A stretch of 50,487 nt of DNA from an uncultured Gemmatimonadota bacterium (GTDB taxonomy: Bacteria > SM23-81 > DAOVCL01), in NCBI GenBank assembly GCA_964626665.1, contig CAZVGK010000027.1:1-50487 (forward strand). Direction: 5' to 3'. Numbering within the stretch: position 1 is the stretch's first letter; every line of letters begins with the position of its first letter. Both the position numbers and the translations under genes were made by a program. Below, one piece after another: positions 48,861 to 50,487 of this stretch. The notes under the pieces were generated by a model. The model had not been told where the DNA came from, ran no database searches, and saw only the letters and a program-made list of their open reading frames with translations.

Positions 48861-49050
48861 CATCTAAAAGGTGAAAACCTATAGTTGGGTAGATTCTTGT
48901 AAAATCTGTGAAAATCCGTGTTCACCCCGTTAAATAATTTAGAAATAGACATCATCGCATCCCCAAGCTTGCTTTTATTTAACGGACTTCACCCCGTGAA
49001 ATACGAAAGTATATTTAACGGGGTTCATCTGTGGTTTATGCATATTTTGG
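48861..49050. repeat. About 120-bp direct repeat, copy 2, with two tandem mini-elements
   Basis: TTCA[48925-48987]TTCA[48992-49023]TTCA; otherwise homologous to 43373-43496. Confidence 0.85.
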
Positions 49051-49077
49051 GATAATAACCATAATGGGGGGTAAGGG

Positions 49078-50154
49078 ATGAAATCCAAACTTCCAGAGAT
49101 CGGGAAGATATCGCCGGAGGTATTTGAAGAGCTCATTTATCCTCGGTTGGGGGCGGAGAGCAAAAAGATCCTTATTGGCCCCCAGAATGGGGTGGATGTG
49201 GGGATAGTGGAGATTGGGGGGAGGGCGGTAGCCTTAACTACAGATCCTGTTTTCATCGTCCCTGAATATGGTTGGGAGAGGGCAGCCTGGTTTGCCGTGC
49301 ACATATTGGCTTCTGATCTGGTGACCAGCGGTCTTCCCCCCAAATACCTCTCCATAGACCTAAACCTCCCTATGGAAATAACCGAGTCCCAATTAGAAAG
49401 GATTTGGGAGACAATCCACGAGGAATGCCGAAAATTGGGCATCAGCATCGTCTGTGGGCACACGGCGAGGTATGAGAACTGCCACTATCCTATGGTAGGC
49501 GGCGCCACTTTGCTGGCTGAAGGGCCAATGGATCGGTGGGTTTCCCCCAAGTTAGCCTTGGCTGGCGATAGGTTGATCGTCACCAAGGGACCGGCTATTG
49601 AGGCCTCAGGGATATTTGCCACCATTTTCCCTGATCTTCTGGCCGATAAGTTCGGGGAGGACTTTTCTCAGCGAGCCCAGAAGCTCTTCTACCAGATGTC
49701 CGTGGTAAAGGATGCTCTCACCGCGGTGCAGGTAGGGGTGAGGGCCAAGGGGGTGACCGCTATGCATGATGCCACGGAGTGTGGGGTCTGGGGGGGGATA
49801 TATGAGCTGGCGCAGGCAGCGGGCCTGGGGGTGAGGGTAGAGAAGGAGCTCATCCCGGTTGATGAAAAGGTGGAGAAAATATGTGATCTCTTTGGGATCG
49901 ATCCTTATAAGTCCATATCTGAAGGGACCCTAATCATTAGCTGTAAGAAGGAGAAGGCAACTGAGGTAGTGAATGCCCTGGCCTCTCAGGGGATAACCTC
50001 CCAGGTGGTGGGGGAGTTAACGCCACCTGAGGAGGGGATGATCCTCAGCTCGGAGGGTAGGGAGAAACCCCTCGTCCATCCCCGGGTTGATCCCTTCTGG
50101 CAGGCATTCTATCAGGCCCTAAGAGGGAAGCCCAAAGGGGGATCAAGTGTATAG
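49078..50154 (+). CDS. AIR-synthase (PurM/HypE/ThiL superfamily) protein
   Basis: GVDVG, TTDP, SDL, GHT, GDRLIVTK, MHDATECG and ISEGTL. Confidence 0.85.
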   Translation: MKSKLPEIGKISPEVFEELIYPRLGAESKKILIGPQNGVDVGIVEIGGRAVALTTDPVFIVPEYGWERAAWFAVHILASDLVTSGLPPKYLSIDLNLPMEITESQLERIWETIHEECRKLGISIVCGHTARYENCHYPMVGGATLLAEGPMDRWVSPKLALAGDRLIVTKGPAIEASGIFATIFPDLLADKFGEDFSQRAQKLFYQMSVVKDALTAVQVGVRAKGVTAMHDATECGVWGGIYELAQAAGLGVRVEKELIPVDEKVEKICDLFGIDPYKSISEGTLIISCKKEKATEVVNALASQGITSQVVGELTPPEEGMILSSEGREKPLVHPRVDPFWQAFYQALRGKPKGGSSV

Positions 50155-50178
50155 CCGCAAGGTGATAGGGGTGAAATG

Positions 50179-50292
50179 GTGAAATGGGGTCACATCTTTA
50201 CTTTTGACTTTTCGATGCTTTCAGCCATAATATAAGTATCAACCAACCTCTCATTGCAAAAAATCAAGATTAAAGATACGACCCCTTTTCAC
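50179..50292. repeat. Inverted-repeat element enclosing a promoter-like sequence
   Basis: GTGAAATGGGGTCACATCTTTA ... TAAAGATACGACCCCTTTTCAC; internal TTGACT-N16-CATAAT. Confidence 0.55.
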
Positions 50293-50487
50293 CCGACCCC
50301 TTTTCACACTCTTCCAAGGCCAATTTTGCCCCTTTGACTGTCAAACTTGGGTTAATAGAGTTAGTTTTGCTTTCTGCCACCTTAGAAGCTTAGCATACTT
50401 CTCCCTTCTCATCACTTGGAATGTCAGCGCTAGAACGGATCTTCCACTTAAGGATGTGATATTTTTAACATCTAACTATTTGTTTTT

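Noticed and set aside
48921-49027. CRISPR array interpretation of the TTCA-separated elements
   Set aside because: Only two units of unequal length, bounded by inverted ends rather than identical direct repeats, and no cas genes in the window.
49078-50154. Calling this gene hypE or purM
   Set aside because: It lacks the HypE C-terminal PRIC cysteine, has no hydrogenase or purine context, and motifs support only the superfamily.

Overview
A 50.5 kb bacterial chromosomal window. The FlgD-Ig 'QNYPNPFNP' sorting domain suggests an FCB-superphylum or related candidate-phylum organism (inference). About 45 genes, mostly housekeeping and mostly on the minus strand: a UPF0175/PIN toxin-antitoxin pair, pyrR-pyrB-pyrC-yjbQ, a 1348-aa secreted gingipain-like (C25) protease, tal-degP-purB-DUF4321-tatA, ecfT-truA, tdh-kbl, a frameshifted O-antigen-ligase/TPR gene, pdxJ-secD-secF-era-methyltransferase-pyrE-rtcA, and rrf2-nifS-nadA-mnmA-ThiI-like plus an AIR-synthase-family gene. 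I found no rRNA, tRNA, CRISPR array, transposase or integrase. The most unusual signal is non-coding: nearly every intergenic gap is a mosaic of palindromic repeat families inserted into one another. One family of 30-63 bp mini-elements (CCCYGTTARATA...TATYTAACRGGG, with 4-bp YTCR flanks) shows a one-element versus two-element pair at the same TTCA site. Also seen: a doubly deleted purS-purQ fossil missed by the ORF track, attenuator-like leaders before pyrR and the protease, a tiny promoter-sORF-terminator unit, a Tdh lacking its structural-zinc cysteines, and a recurring TTGACA-N17-TATTTT promoter style. All calls come from manual motif recognition; no searches were run.
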